The notes under the pieces are model-generated. The model was not told the DNA's origin and did not search any database. It worked only from the letters and a program-made list of their open reading frames with translations. 64,000 nt of DNA, taken from contig NC_043013.1 of NCBI RefSeq assembly GCF_006345805.1, forward strand, positions 49,042,001 to 49,106,000. Direction: 5' to 3'. Below are positions 52,547 through 64,000 of the stretch, one piece after another. Position 1 is the first letter of the stretch. Each line of letters begins with the position of its first letter. Made by a program: the position numbers and the translations under genes. Origin of the DNA: Octopus sinensis. Its lineage: Eukaryota.

Positions 52547-54040
52547 AGTCTGTCCATACGGGCAGAACTAGTCATTTCGGTTAGGGAAGTGAAGGAAATC
52601 AGCGAAAAAAAAATGAGCTACTGGATCAAAAGATTTGGTGAATGTCATGCACGAATAGCTGTGCAACTCAACACCTTGTTAAATGCCGACCAAATACCAC
52701 TAGAATGGTTGAAATTGGGTAGGAGAGTACGGTGCTTGAAAAACATCGATACAGGTAATACGGTAGACAATTACAGGCTGATATCCTGCTTGCCACTCAT
52801 GTGGAAGTTATTGACTGGAATAATCGCAGTGTAGGAACATCAGGAAAAAAGTGGAGTCCCGCCACATGAGCAGAAGGATTCCAAGCGTAAATGCAGAGGT
52901 ACCAAGGATCAACTCCTGGCAGACAAAACTGTACTTAGAGACTGCAAGAGGAGGAAAAGTAACTTAGCCATGTCATGGATCGACTATCGTAAGGCGTACG
53001 ATATGATCCCACATTCTTGGATAATGGAATGTATGAACCTATTTGGTATTGCATCGAATTTTGAGTGATTGCTTGGAAAAAGTATAACGAATTGGAGGAC
53101 GTACCTGACAGCATACGCAAGAAGTTTAGGGACAGTAGAAATCAGGAGGGGCATCTTCCTGGGTATGTATTCAAAAGCCACCAACAAAAAGTCAACCACT
53201 TGTAATTCATGGGTGACCTCAAACTTTATGGTAAAGATGAAGCCCAAGTCAGTTCCCTTGTTGATACGGTGTATACTTTCAGTGCTGATATCAGAATGGA
53301 GTTCGTCCCGAGGAAGTGTGGTGTGATAGTCTTGAAGAGAGGCAAAATCAAGTGTATGCACGGGTTATCGGGGGAAGTTATGAAGCAGATGGAAGAGACA
53401 GGCTATAAGTACTTGGAGACGTTGGAAATGGATAAATTGATGGAGAAAGAAATGACAGACAATTGTAAGGTAGAGTACTTGCGCAGACTGAGACTGATCC
53501 TTAAGTCGAAATTAAACGGACGGAATAAGAGTGAAGCTATAAACAACTGGGGGATTTCACTCTTTAAATATGGAACAGGGGTAATCGCATGACGAACTAA
53601 ACAGCTTAGACAGAAAGACAAGGAAGTTGCTAACTAGATATGGGACACTCCAGCCAAAAAGTGACACAGACGAACTGTATGTACCAAGAAAAAGAGGGGG
53701 AAGAAGACTTATTGGATGCGATCACAGCATTAGAACAGAAGAAAACAACATAGCTATAGTATGTAAAAAAATGCCACAGAACCGCTTTTATTAGAAGTAA
53801 GAAAGTCAGGCCTGTTTAGGATGAAAGATTGCAAAGATAAAGCACTGTACAAGCAATTGAAACCAAATGAAACTGAAAATAGGTGGGTAAAGAAAAGAAT
53901 GCATGGACAACTTCATAGATATGTTGAAAATAAGACAGAGAAAAAGGATGGCTGTGGAAGACTAAAAGTGATTTAAAACTGGAAACGGAGGCTCTAATAT
54001 GTGCTGCCCAAGAGCATGCACTAAGTACAAACTACATATG
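52547..54040 (+). mobile_element. Decayed Dong/R4-like LINE (RT region)
   Basis: [61 protein letters not shown]; begins directly after (AAT)n; many frameshifts. Confidence 0.85.
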
Positions 54041-54096
54041 CACCTTTTATATAGGTACGAGTATGATTGCTTAATTTCAGTTTATATCTTAATTCT

Positions 54097-54137
<41 letters not shown>

Positions 54138-54141
54138 TATA

Positions 54142-54190
<49 letters not shown>

Positions 54191-54697
54191 AACAGTTATA
54201 AATAAGGGCAAAAGAAAAAAAATTGTCTCTGCCAATATGCTGAGAAATAGAATTTAAATCGTCGATCACTACATACACTATACATCACTAAGAATACACG
54301 TTCTGCTGAAATCGAAGAAAGCAAACTAATGGAATTTTTTTTTTTAATGCCTTATCTCTATATTGAATCAATTTCGGGATTAATCGAACGGATTTTCCCC
54401 TCATCAGTAGAAAATACGTTAAGAAATAAATGAAATAGTTACAAGTACCAATGGAAAAAAAAACAGAAGCAAAAGTCATGCGTACACATATGTACTCCAG
54501 TTATATCTAAATATAAAATTCCGTAGCGAGCCTCAGCACACGTGTGGTCGGTCAGGAACCACAACTTAGAGTGGTTACCTGTCCTGAAGTGAATGGTAAT
54601 AAATTTACTTCTAAAATAGGATAAATTTTATTTCTGAAATTTCATCAGGTGACCTGCATATTGAAATGCCTTTAAAGGTGAAAATTATAAACAATTA

Positions 54698-54840
54698 TGT
54701 GACGAAAGAACTCTGGCAGAAATATGAATAAGATTAATGTAAAAAATAAATAACGCTGATGCAAAGTAACACCAAATATATAGTGCGTGTGTTTTTATTG
54801 GCTAAACTGGCAAAATGACCATTCCGAAATACAACAATAT
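54698..54840 (+). mobile_element. 5'-truncated copy of the 60.2-61.0 kb hammerhead cassette
   Basis: tgtgacgaaagaactctggc...gcgtgtgtttttattggctaaactggcaaaatgacc; only the GAAA half of the ribozyme remains. Confidence 0.8.
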
Positions 54841-55106
54841 ATACATATATATACTTAAGCTGCAGGAGATTATACAAGAGATCAAAATGAAGGTTAGGAT
54901 ATTTGACGCTTTACGTTCCAAGAAAACTGAATTAGTTGCTTTACCAAATATGAATCTCTGCCAGTGGTAATAATACTGTAATCAATTTTGTATTGCTGGT
55001 TAAGAGAATACAGCTACTGGAACTCTGCCAAACACCTAATGATATATTCAGAGAACCTACTTCAGTTAATGAATGAAACGAAGAATACAGTTTCCTTTCA
55101 TATGTA

Positions 55107-55513
55107 CTCTCTCTCTTTTCTCTTCTACTTGTTTCAGTCATTTGACTGCGGCCATGCTGGAGCACCGCCTTTAGTCGATCAACTAGACCCAAGGACTTAT
55201 TCTTTGTAAGCCCAGTACTTATTCTATCGGTCTCTTTTGCCGAACCGCTAAGTGACGGTGACATAAACACGCCAGCATCGGTTGTCAAGCAATGCTAGAG
55301 GGACAAACACAGACACACAAACACACACACACACACATATATATATATACGACAGGCTTCTTTCAGTTTCCGTCTACCAAATCCACTCACAAGGCATTGG
55401 TCGGCCCGGGGCTATAGTAGAAGACACTTGCCCAAGGTGCCACGCAGTGGGACTGAACCCGGAACCATGTGGTTGGTTAGCAAGCTACTTACCACACAGC
55501 CACTCCTGCGCCT
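55107..55513 (-). mobile_element. SINE family B (full length)
   Basis: Complete reverse copy, from tail to ...cactcctgcgcct. Confidence 0.9.
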
Positions 55514-56591
55514 ACTTGATAGTGTAATCTACTTGATAGTGTTTTCATTAATATTAAAGATTATTAATTTCATAGTTAGTAAGGTAGTTTGTGATATATC
55601 GTAATATATCATATGATATAAAACATCATCAAGAATGCCGTGTTGTTGGATCATATGCTGCCATAGATAAAGATTTACTTGAATGTTTCTTGAGCTCATC
55701 AACTTCACTGACGCAAGATTCTTGCTGTAAGAGTTCAGGATGACACCGTGTCCCGCTGTTAGTTTTGACGTAGCAGTCCGGGCGACTGAGAAGAAATATT
55801 CTCCACAAGAAACAACATCGTTTCCTTTTTTCTTATTCTGAATGATTTCAAAATCCAGCAAATCGCCTGCCTATTTTTGCCATTACATTAAATTCACAGA
55901 GAATGTTGCATCATTATTCTTACAGATTCCCAGATAATGCACTTATAGTGACTATGTCATTGCAATAACTCTGGCCATGTGTGTTCTAATCGCATTGTTT
56001 ATTTGTTGATAGTGGGACGCTTGAATTAGTCTTCATTGAACTGAATAATGTATTTTTCAGCCCACTTGTATATTGCATTCCAATTTTACTCCATATTGTT
56101 TTGTCTCAGAGTTTTTATCTACCTGTGATATCTTTGTATCATCAGCTTAACTGTTAAATGTATGAATGAGAAAATGTCAGGAACGTTCACAAACAGAAAG
56201 GGGTTCTGCCAAGAATTGACATTTCCTCAGAGAACCTGTTTTTGAGATTTTGCTTTTGCACGGAAACTCAATTAAGAAATTTATATAATTTAATTATTTA
56301 ACACACTTCGAAAATATTTCATCAATCATTAGTTAAAATGTAAACAATTTTTTACGCCATACAACTGTGTTTTTATCACCTGTCTGGTTTTATCACCTGT
56401 CTGGTTTTATCATCTGTCTCTTTTTACTGGCTATCTGTCTATCTAGTTCTGTCTATCTATTTACTTATCTATTCCATTTCACATACACATATAGATATAA
56501 CAGAAATGTACTTAGAGAAGAGTTGAGTATCAGATGTTGTTTGCTTTATTACTCTTCAAACTATTTCGTATATTTTCTTGATTTTTGGAAG

Positions 56592-56701
56592 ACATCCCGT
56601 ATTCAGAAGCAGTTAAGTGAGAAAGAAGTTTTAGCCCTCATAGTCGCCTGTCTTTGCCATGATTTGGATCACCGAGGAACGAACAACGCTTTCCAACATA
56701 A
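56592..56701 (+). CDS. PDE11A: PDE11-like exon F: [36 protein letters not shown](K)
   Basis: Contains the PDEase signature [10 protein letters not shown]; donor AA|gtaagt at 56701. Acceptor 56592 (ttttggaag|ACA) chosen because it restores length colinearity with PDE11A; in-frame alternatives exist at 56607 and 56613. Confidence 0.9.
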
Positions 56702-56799
56702 GTAAGTCGTACGATTTATTCTCCTTCCATTTCACCATAGAGATTTCAAATGATGTTTCATCTTCAGATTGAACATTCTTAAATATATTTAATTTTTAT

Positions 56800-57029
56800 T
56801 ATTTTTTACTACCCACAAGGGGCTAAACACAGTGGGGACAAACAAGGACAGACAAACGGATCAAGTCGATTATATCGACCCCAGTGCGTAACTGGTACTT
56901 AATTTATCGACCCCGAAAGGATGAAAGGCAAAGTCGACCTCGGCGTGATTTGAACTCAGAACGTAACGGCAGACAAAATACGGATACGCATTTCGCCCGG
57001 CGTGCTAATGTCTCTGCCAGCTCCTCGCC
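56800..57029 (-). mobile_element. SINE family C
   Basis: Reverse complement of 26231-26449. Confidence 0.87.
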
Positions 57030-57584
57030 CTGTATAATTAATATATAATTAATTTTTAGGCATTTCTACACTTATCATTTTCCACTTTATCTGTGTATTG
57101 CAATGTCTGTCTTCATTAGGATAGGAGATTGCGTTAAGAATTTGATGTAATATCTGCGGTTTTGAAAGATTTTGAAGGGTTCAGATATTTTTAGGCTGAT
57201 AGGGTTTTCCACGGGAGCGATACACATGAGAAAAACGTTTTGTAGTTCTGCTTAATTCGAGCTTCAGTTCTAATATCTTTCAGCCTCTTCAATATCGGTT
57301 TGGATGTTTTACCAGGGGCACCAATTACCACATCACTAATTGTCCTTTTTGTCTTCCCAAACCCCTTCACTTCTCTGGCAATGTGCACAATATAAGAGGG
57401 CACCTTTGATGCAGGTCTGATGCAGTATCCCTTTTAATATCTAAAACTGCAAATATTACATAACTTTTCACTTCGAATTTCTGCGCAAACTGGCGTTGCA
57501 AGCAGAGTTAGTAAAAAAGACAATTGTAACGAATCAAAAATGTGTTAAAGGATATATACATACATACATACATATATATATTAG

Positions 57585-57760
57585 TATGTGACCTCGTGAA
57601 TACCACCAGCGATTTTTTTCCTCTGTCCTCCCGTCTCGGGATCTTTCCTTCTCCTATGTTTCCGACGAAGAGCTCCGCTCGAAACGTCCGATAATACTTT
57701 ATTTGTTCCACATCCTTGCGTTGTTGTCTTTTTGTTTTCTTGTTTGGATTAACTTTATAT
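57585..57760 (+). mobile_element. Short pLTR/retrozyme-like cassette with degenerate hammerhead
   Basis: GTTT CCGACGA A GAGC TCC GCTC GAAAC GTC at 57658-57688 (U4C; 3' strand of stem I mismatched); ends in (TA)n. Confidence 0.6.
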
Positions 57761-57799
57761 ATATATATATATATACACACATACATATACATAACTATG

Positions 57800-57871
<72 letters not shown>

Positions 57872-58352
57872 TATGTGTGTGTATATATGTATGTGTGTGT
57901 GTGTGTGCACGATGGGGTACCCAAAAGTAAGCAGAAATGTTCTCCGTGGGACAAGCCCATTATAGTTCAGGGCTTCCGCCGCTAGAAACCACTTGATGCG
58001 ACCCTCAGGCATTAGTCTGCCAACCGGCGTCATGGGGTGCGATAGTATTACCAGGCGGCGGTGGGTCATTTGCTTGCGGGCTCCGATGAGACGGATTGAT
58101 CTTATACATTGTGTATATATTGAATAATTTATTGTATATATTTGTAATGGACTATTAAGTCCAATAATTGTAAAAACTGTCATTTCTGTTGGGAAAAGGG
58201 GACAATGTTTTAGAGAAGCAGAAAATCGGCGGGCGTTTTCTGCCTTCTCTCATCAATATCATCTTTGTTTCATCATTCACCTCCCTAATGTATATGTCCA
58301 GCCCGCAAGCTACTCTTTGTAATGCTTTTATGGCAAATCTTAATGAAATAAA

Positions 58353-58490
58353 GTAGCTTGCTGCCAACCTCATGGTTCCAGGTTCAGTCCCACTGCGTGC
58401 CACTTTGAGCAAATGTCTTCTACTAAAACCTCGGGCCTACCAAAGCCTTGTAAGTGGATTTGATAGACGGAAACTGAAAGAAGCCCGTCG

Positions 58491-58526
<36 letters not shown>

Positions 58527-58772
58527 TGTTATGTATGTATGTATGTATGTATGTATGTATGTATGTATGTATGCGTCTGTGTGTGTGTGTGTGTGTTTGT
58601 ATCTGTGTTTGTCCCCCAGCATCACTTGATAACCGATGCTGGTGTGCTTACGACCCCGTAACCTAGCGGTTCGGCCTAAGAGACCGATAGAACAAGTACT
58701 AAGCTTACAAAGAATAGGTCCTGAGGTCGATTTGCTCGACTAAAGGTGGTGCTCCAGCATGGCTGTAGCCAA
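58353..58772 (+). mobile_element. SINE family B
   Basis: aagtagcttgc...ggttcagtcccactgcgtg...(GTAT)n...ggtgctccagcatggc. Confidence 0.85.
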
Positions 58773-58937
58773 ACCATTGTAACAAATTAAACAATATCTC
58801 GACTCAAGTAATGACATACAACGAGGCAAGGCTGCCAGCTTGCCGTTGTAGACAATGTTAACAGGGAGACATTATTTCTGTCCCCTACCAGTAAGGACTC
58901 CTGTGCGAAAAGAAAGAATCCTCGTATCAAATGGAAC

Positions 58938-59364
58938 GGATCTTTTCGGTTTGACCGGCAGTTTTTTCTAGCGGTGTCATATGAAATTGTCACCCATAAT
59001 TATGACCCTAGTATCGATCTATTACATTTCAATCTATTTTAGGGTTAGGGTTAGTTAGGGTTAGGGTTAGGGGGAAGAGTATCTTTTTTTTCTTCACAAA
59101 TGTAAATAAACCCAATCTGTTTCTTTAACGAGGGACATATTCATACGGCACAGAATGTTTTTTACCTCAATAGACGTATTTGATTGGTTGAAATTGCAGA
59201 AATTGAAGAAAAAAACAACAAATATCTTACAAACTATAGAATTTTCTCAATAAAGCCAAGAGAAAAAGATGTTTTATAAACACATTCTACCAGTATACGA
59301 AGTTTAAAACTTTTTAGTTACCTAGAAATTATGTTAAAAACTGCCGTTCAAACCGAAAATATCC
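58938..59364. mobile_element. Merlin-like MITE with TTAGGG tract
   Basis: Same TIRs; perfect 8-bp TSD AATGGAAC at 58930-58937 and 59365-59372. Confidence 0.92.
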
Positions 59365-59896
59365 AATGGAACTCTTAGAGGCAAATAAAGGAACTAAACG
59401 AAATTCAGGATTGTAGATTGTCCTTATTTTGCGTAGGGTAGAAGGGTGTAACCAATGAGACAATTGTGTTGTATACGCTTATGACTCACAGGAAACCTAG
59501 CTACAGCAGCTGCAGCTTAACCTAATATTCAGTTATTTGCTTACTTGAAATATAACACGGGCGAAGGAATATTTAATTATTTTTCTGTTCAATACTTATT
59601 TTAATGACACGAAGTGTTTTTTAAAGTGAGTGACATCTGGTAGACGAAAAGTAGACAAAGCTGTATTGTGAACAATATGTCAGTTCAAAGTGCCTGTTTC
59701 GCTAAAATCCTTTCACTTATCAAATAAACATAGCATAATATGTAAATATTTAAACATATATCTGTTAATTATGTCATGTACTACAAATATTTGTTTTATA
59801 AATTATTTCCTGTCTGATAAATATCTGATCCATGCCTGCATTTGATTTGTACATGCTTCTTGTCATTTCCTCACCAAAAACTTATATATTTTTCAG

Positions 59897-59987
59897 GTCG
59901 AGTTCAGCTTTATCTCAGTTATACGGTACGAAGGCAACTCTAGAACACCATCATTTCAATCATGCCTTAATGATACTCAATAGTGAT
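59897..59987 (+). CDS. PDE11A: PDE11-like exon G: SSSALSQLYGTKATLEHHHFNHALMILNSD
   Basis: tttttcag|G...GAT|gtaagt; 91 nt, phase 2 in, phase 0 out; LEHHH motif. Confidence 0.96.
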
Positions 59988-60342
59988 GTAAGTGAATATA
60001 TAACGTTTACAATCTCAAAAGTGCTTGCCTGATTGCATGGAATTTCAAATATTGATTGTCGAACACCGTAGCAAAAGTGATCGACGATCAATATTTCTAA
60101 GTTACGGGGAGATAAACGCGCCAACACTGGTTGTCAAGCAGTAATGGAGGACAAACACAGACACAAAGACACACACACGCATACACATACACACACGCAC
60201 TCATATATATGTATATATATATATTGTTGTATTTAGGAAGGGTCATTTTGCCTGTTTAGCCAATGAAAACACACGCACTATATATTTGGTGTTAATTTGC
60301 TTCAGCATTATTTATTTTTTACATTAATCTTAATCTTATTTC

Positions 60343-60382
60343 GGCCAGAGTTCTTTCGTCACTGTGACCTCATCAGTGGTCC
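60343..60382 (-). ncRNA. Minimal type I hammerhead ribozyme (antisense arm)
   Basis: Minus strand reads GGACCA CUGAUGA G GUCA CAG UGAC GAAA G AA CUC^UGGCC. Confidence 0.75.
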
Positions 60383-60563
60383 TTTGCTTTCTTCTTTTTT
60401 ATTCATGTGTCTCTCCTTACTAACGGTCAGCCATTTTGTATTTTGTATTCCTATTGTATAATAATAATAATATAATAATAATAATAATAATATAATAATA
60501 ATAATAATAATAATAATAGTAATAATAATAATAATAATAGTAATAATAATAATAATGATAATA

Positions 60564-60599
<36 letters not shown>

Positions 60600-60848
60600 T
60601 AATAATAATAATAATAATAAGTAGGTGTAAACACATGAACAAAATAAAAATAAACAAAAACAAATTACACGAACGTGTATAAACAGGAGATACAAATATT
60701 ACAGACGCCCCCCCCCACACTAACTAAACATAGACACACATAGAGGTATACGCATGCGCAAATGAAGACACATACAATAGGAATACAAAATACAAAATGG
60801 CTTACCGTTAGTAAGGAGAGACATACAAATAAGAAAGAAGAAAGCAAA

Positions 60849-60893
60849 GGACCACTGATGAGGTCACAGAAGTGTGACGAAAGAACTCTGGCC
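60849..60893 (+). ncRNA. Minimal type I hammerhead ribozyme (sense arm)
   Basis: GGACCA CUGAUGA G GUCAC AGAAGU GUGAC GAAA G AA CUC^UGGCC; full core, 5-bp stem II, predicted cleavage after C60888. Confidence 0.78.
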
Positions 60894-61236
60894 GAAATAA
60901 AATTAAGATTAATGTAAAAAATAAATAAAGCTGAAGCAAATTAACACCAAATATATAGTGCGTGTGTTTTTATTGGCCAAACTGGCAAAATGATGGGATT
61001 ATATTATCGACAATGCAGTGAAGTATTTTGATTTTGTATAGGAATTAAGACCGAAGAGACGTTACTTTCTTTCCTATCTGGAAATGCGACATAACTTTCA
61101 TTCCAACATAATGTGTGTGTGTGTGTGTGTGTAGGTGTAGCCATTACTTTGATGTATACATGAAATCTAGTTGCTCTTGTTTCTAAATTGCACACTATAG
61201 TTCAAGACTATCTACTAGCACACTCAACACACACAC

Positions 61237-61330
<94 letters not shown>

Positions 61331-61720
61331 TATATACTATATAATTATATATTATATATATTTAATATATAATATATATTTATATATATATATATATGTA
61401 TGTATGTATACATATACATATATAATTAATAATATTAATACTAGTAGTGAATATAAAATTCCAAACTTACAGGGAAAAATTCAATTTAGCAATTCGAAAT
61501 CGAATTTCACAATAAAAAATATAAGTATATAATTAAGAGAAATGACCTTATTTATAACTAACGTTTGTCGATTGTATTTAACTCTCAATTTCGTTAGTTA
61601 TGGAACTTGCAGGTAAGATGGAACCGCTATTTTGAAATTCATCTTTGAAAGATATTCCTATACCATCTAGAAAAGAATATATTTTGAAATTTTTTCTATA
61701 TGATTTAATGTAGATAATAA

Positions 61721-61759
<39 letters not shown>

Positions 61760-61788
61760 TAGCAGCAGCAGCAGCAGCAGTAGTAGTT

Positions 61789-61852
<64 letters not shown>

Positions 61853-62001
61853 CAGTAGAAGTAGTAGTAATAGTAGTAACATTCGTTACTTTACGTTGGC
61901 AAATAAACATTACTCTAAAGTACTGTTGCTACATGTTTCTCGTTCAGAGACTTAGAATTAATAGTTTCTCTCTGTCTCTGTCTGCCTGCCTGTCTGTCTG
62001 C

Positions 62002-62053
<52 letters not shown>

Positions 62054-62452
62054 TGATAGATAGATAGATAGATAGATAGAAAGATAATGTGTGTATGTAT
62101 GTATGTATGTATGTATGTATGTATGGAAGTAGGTATGTATGTATGTATGTATGTATGTATGTATGTATGTATGTAGGTAGGCAGGTAGGTAGGTAGGTAG
62201 GTAGGTAAGTAGGTAGGTATATCCATGTGGGTGTAAGGTGCTGAAAGATGAAGTGGAATACCTATAAAGCATTTACCGATGCTAATTTTATTAATTGTAG
62301 CAAGTAGGTGAATAGAAATCAAATTGCTCTATTCAAGACTTTTCTCCATTTTCTTTTTTATTTTCCATGTTATTAGCATCTCATTCCGCGCGTTAACATA
62401 TGCAGGCAAAATGAGTAAGTGCGTATCTGTGTGTGTATTGTGTGTGTGTGTT

Positions 62453-62488
<36 letters not shown>

Positions 62489-62754
62489 CAAGAAAAAAGC
62501 AACAAAAATGGATCAATATTTCGGTACAATTGTTTCGTAAATATAAAGCTGGTCTTCGTACGAAACAATTATACCGAAATATTGATCCATTTTTGTTGCT
62601 TTTTTCTGTTTATAATCACCTCGCATTATCTTATGGTTAATACCATATAGATTCTGGTGCATCCAAGTTAAGTACTGCATTCATGTGAATTCAACAGAAC
62701 TCACTTGAATTTTTATTTTTATTTTATATATATATGCTATTTATGATATATATA

Positions 62755-62961
62755 TATTATATATATCATATATATATTATATATGTATGTATGTATAGTA
62801 TATATATATGTATGTATATATGATGTATATATGTATGTATGTATATATAATGTATGTATGTATGTATATATATATGTATGTATATATGTATGTATATATG
62901 TATGTATGTATATATATATGTATGTATATATGTATGTATATATGTATATATGTATGTATGT

Positions 62962-62995
<34 letters not shown>

Positions 62996-63090
62996 GTATG
63001 TATGTATATATATTTATGTATATATGTATGTATATATATATGTATGTATATATATATTTATATATGTGTATGTATATATATATATGCATG

Positions 63091-63121
<31 letters not shown>

Positions 63122-63290
63122 GTATATATATATATATGTATGTATGTATATGTACGTATGTATGTATATATATGTATGTATGTATGTATATATATGTATG
63201 TATGTTTATATATATGTATGTGTGTATGTATATATATATATGTATGTGTGTATGTATTTATGTATGTATATATATATGTATGTATGTATG

Positions 63291-63327
<37 letters not shown>

Positions 63328-63385
63328 ATATATATATATATATATATGTATATTCATGTATATACATGTATATAAGATTATAAAT
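62755..63385. repeat. (TA)n/(TATG)n compound microsatellite
   Basis: Direct reading; ends about 50 bp before exon H. Confidence 0.95.
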
Positions 63386-63436
63386 GCGCACGCTCGCGCA
63401 CGCACATATATAAGTATGCATTAATTTCTTTTTCAG

Positions 63437-63537
63437 GGCCACAATTTGTTCGCCAACTTAAGTTCAGAAGATTACGCAGAGGTTATTAATCTGTTAAAAC
63501 AAGCAATATTAGCAACGGATATCTCTTTGCATCTGCA
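63437..63537 (+). CDS. PDE11A: PDE11-like exon H: [33 protein letters not shown]
   Basis: tttttcag|GGC...CTGCA|gtaagt; 101 nt; ILATD motif. Confidence 0.96.
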
Positions 63538-63706
63538 GTAAGTACAAAATATTTATTGCTATTGGTTTAATGCCTATACAAATAAAACCTGGTTTTGTTT
63601 TCGCATTTAGATAAAATTTGTGTGCATGGAATATTTTTCTTATTCATTTAGCAAACATATGACATTAAAATGCTCACTTTTAATGTCATACACCTCGATC
63701 CTTGGA

Positions 63707-63755
<49 letters not shown>

Positions 63756-63801
63756 CATTAAGAGAAAACTTACTTAGAAGTGGATGGGTGGCGTTTATTA
63801 T

Positions 63802-63838
<37 letters not shown>

Positions 63839-63852
63839 CATATAATAATAAT

Positions 63853-63895
<43 letters not shown>

Positions 63896-63897
63896 TA

Positions 63898-63898
63898 T

Positions 63899-63981
<83 letters not shown>
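63898..63981. repeat. (GATA)n microsatellite
   Basis: Direct reading. Confidence 0.95.
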
Positions 63982-63982
<1 letters not shown>

Positions 63983-64000
63983 GAATAAATAGATAGAGTT

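Overview
Animal (eukaryotic) genomic DNA, AT-rich and full of microsatellites. The SINE and LINE families look like Octopus (inference from recalled repeat families, not a database search). The only host gene I can support is a + strand GAF-domain cyclic-nucleotide phosphodiesterase most similar to PDE11A. Eight coding exons (769 nt, 11249-63537) have GT-AG boundaries and consistent phases, and cover the end of GAF-B and the first part of the catalytic domain ([26 protein letters not shown]). The gene's start and end lie outside the window. The introns hold three tRNA-type SINE families, RTE and Dong/R4-like LINEs, a Gypsy relic, mariner and Chapaev-like relics, non-autonomous Helitrons, and an 8-bp-TSD TIR family (Merlin-like). 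One member of that TIR family carries TTAGGG repeats, and another carries a strand-switching satellite. The most notable signal is a set of minimal type I hammerhead ribozyme motifs from several Penelope/retrozyme-like cassettes. One sense-strand ribozyme with a complete catalytic core sits in a ~220-bp inverted repeat with its own antisense copy, inside a PDE intron. Almost all ORFs in the supplied track are microsatellite or transposon artefacts.
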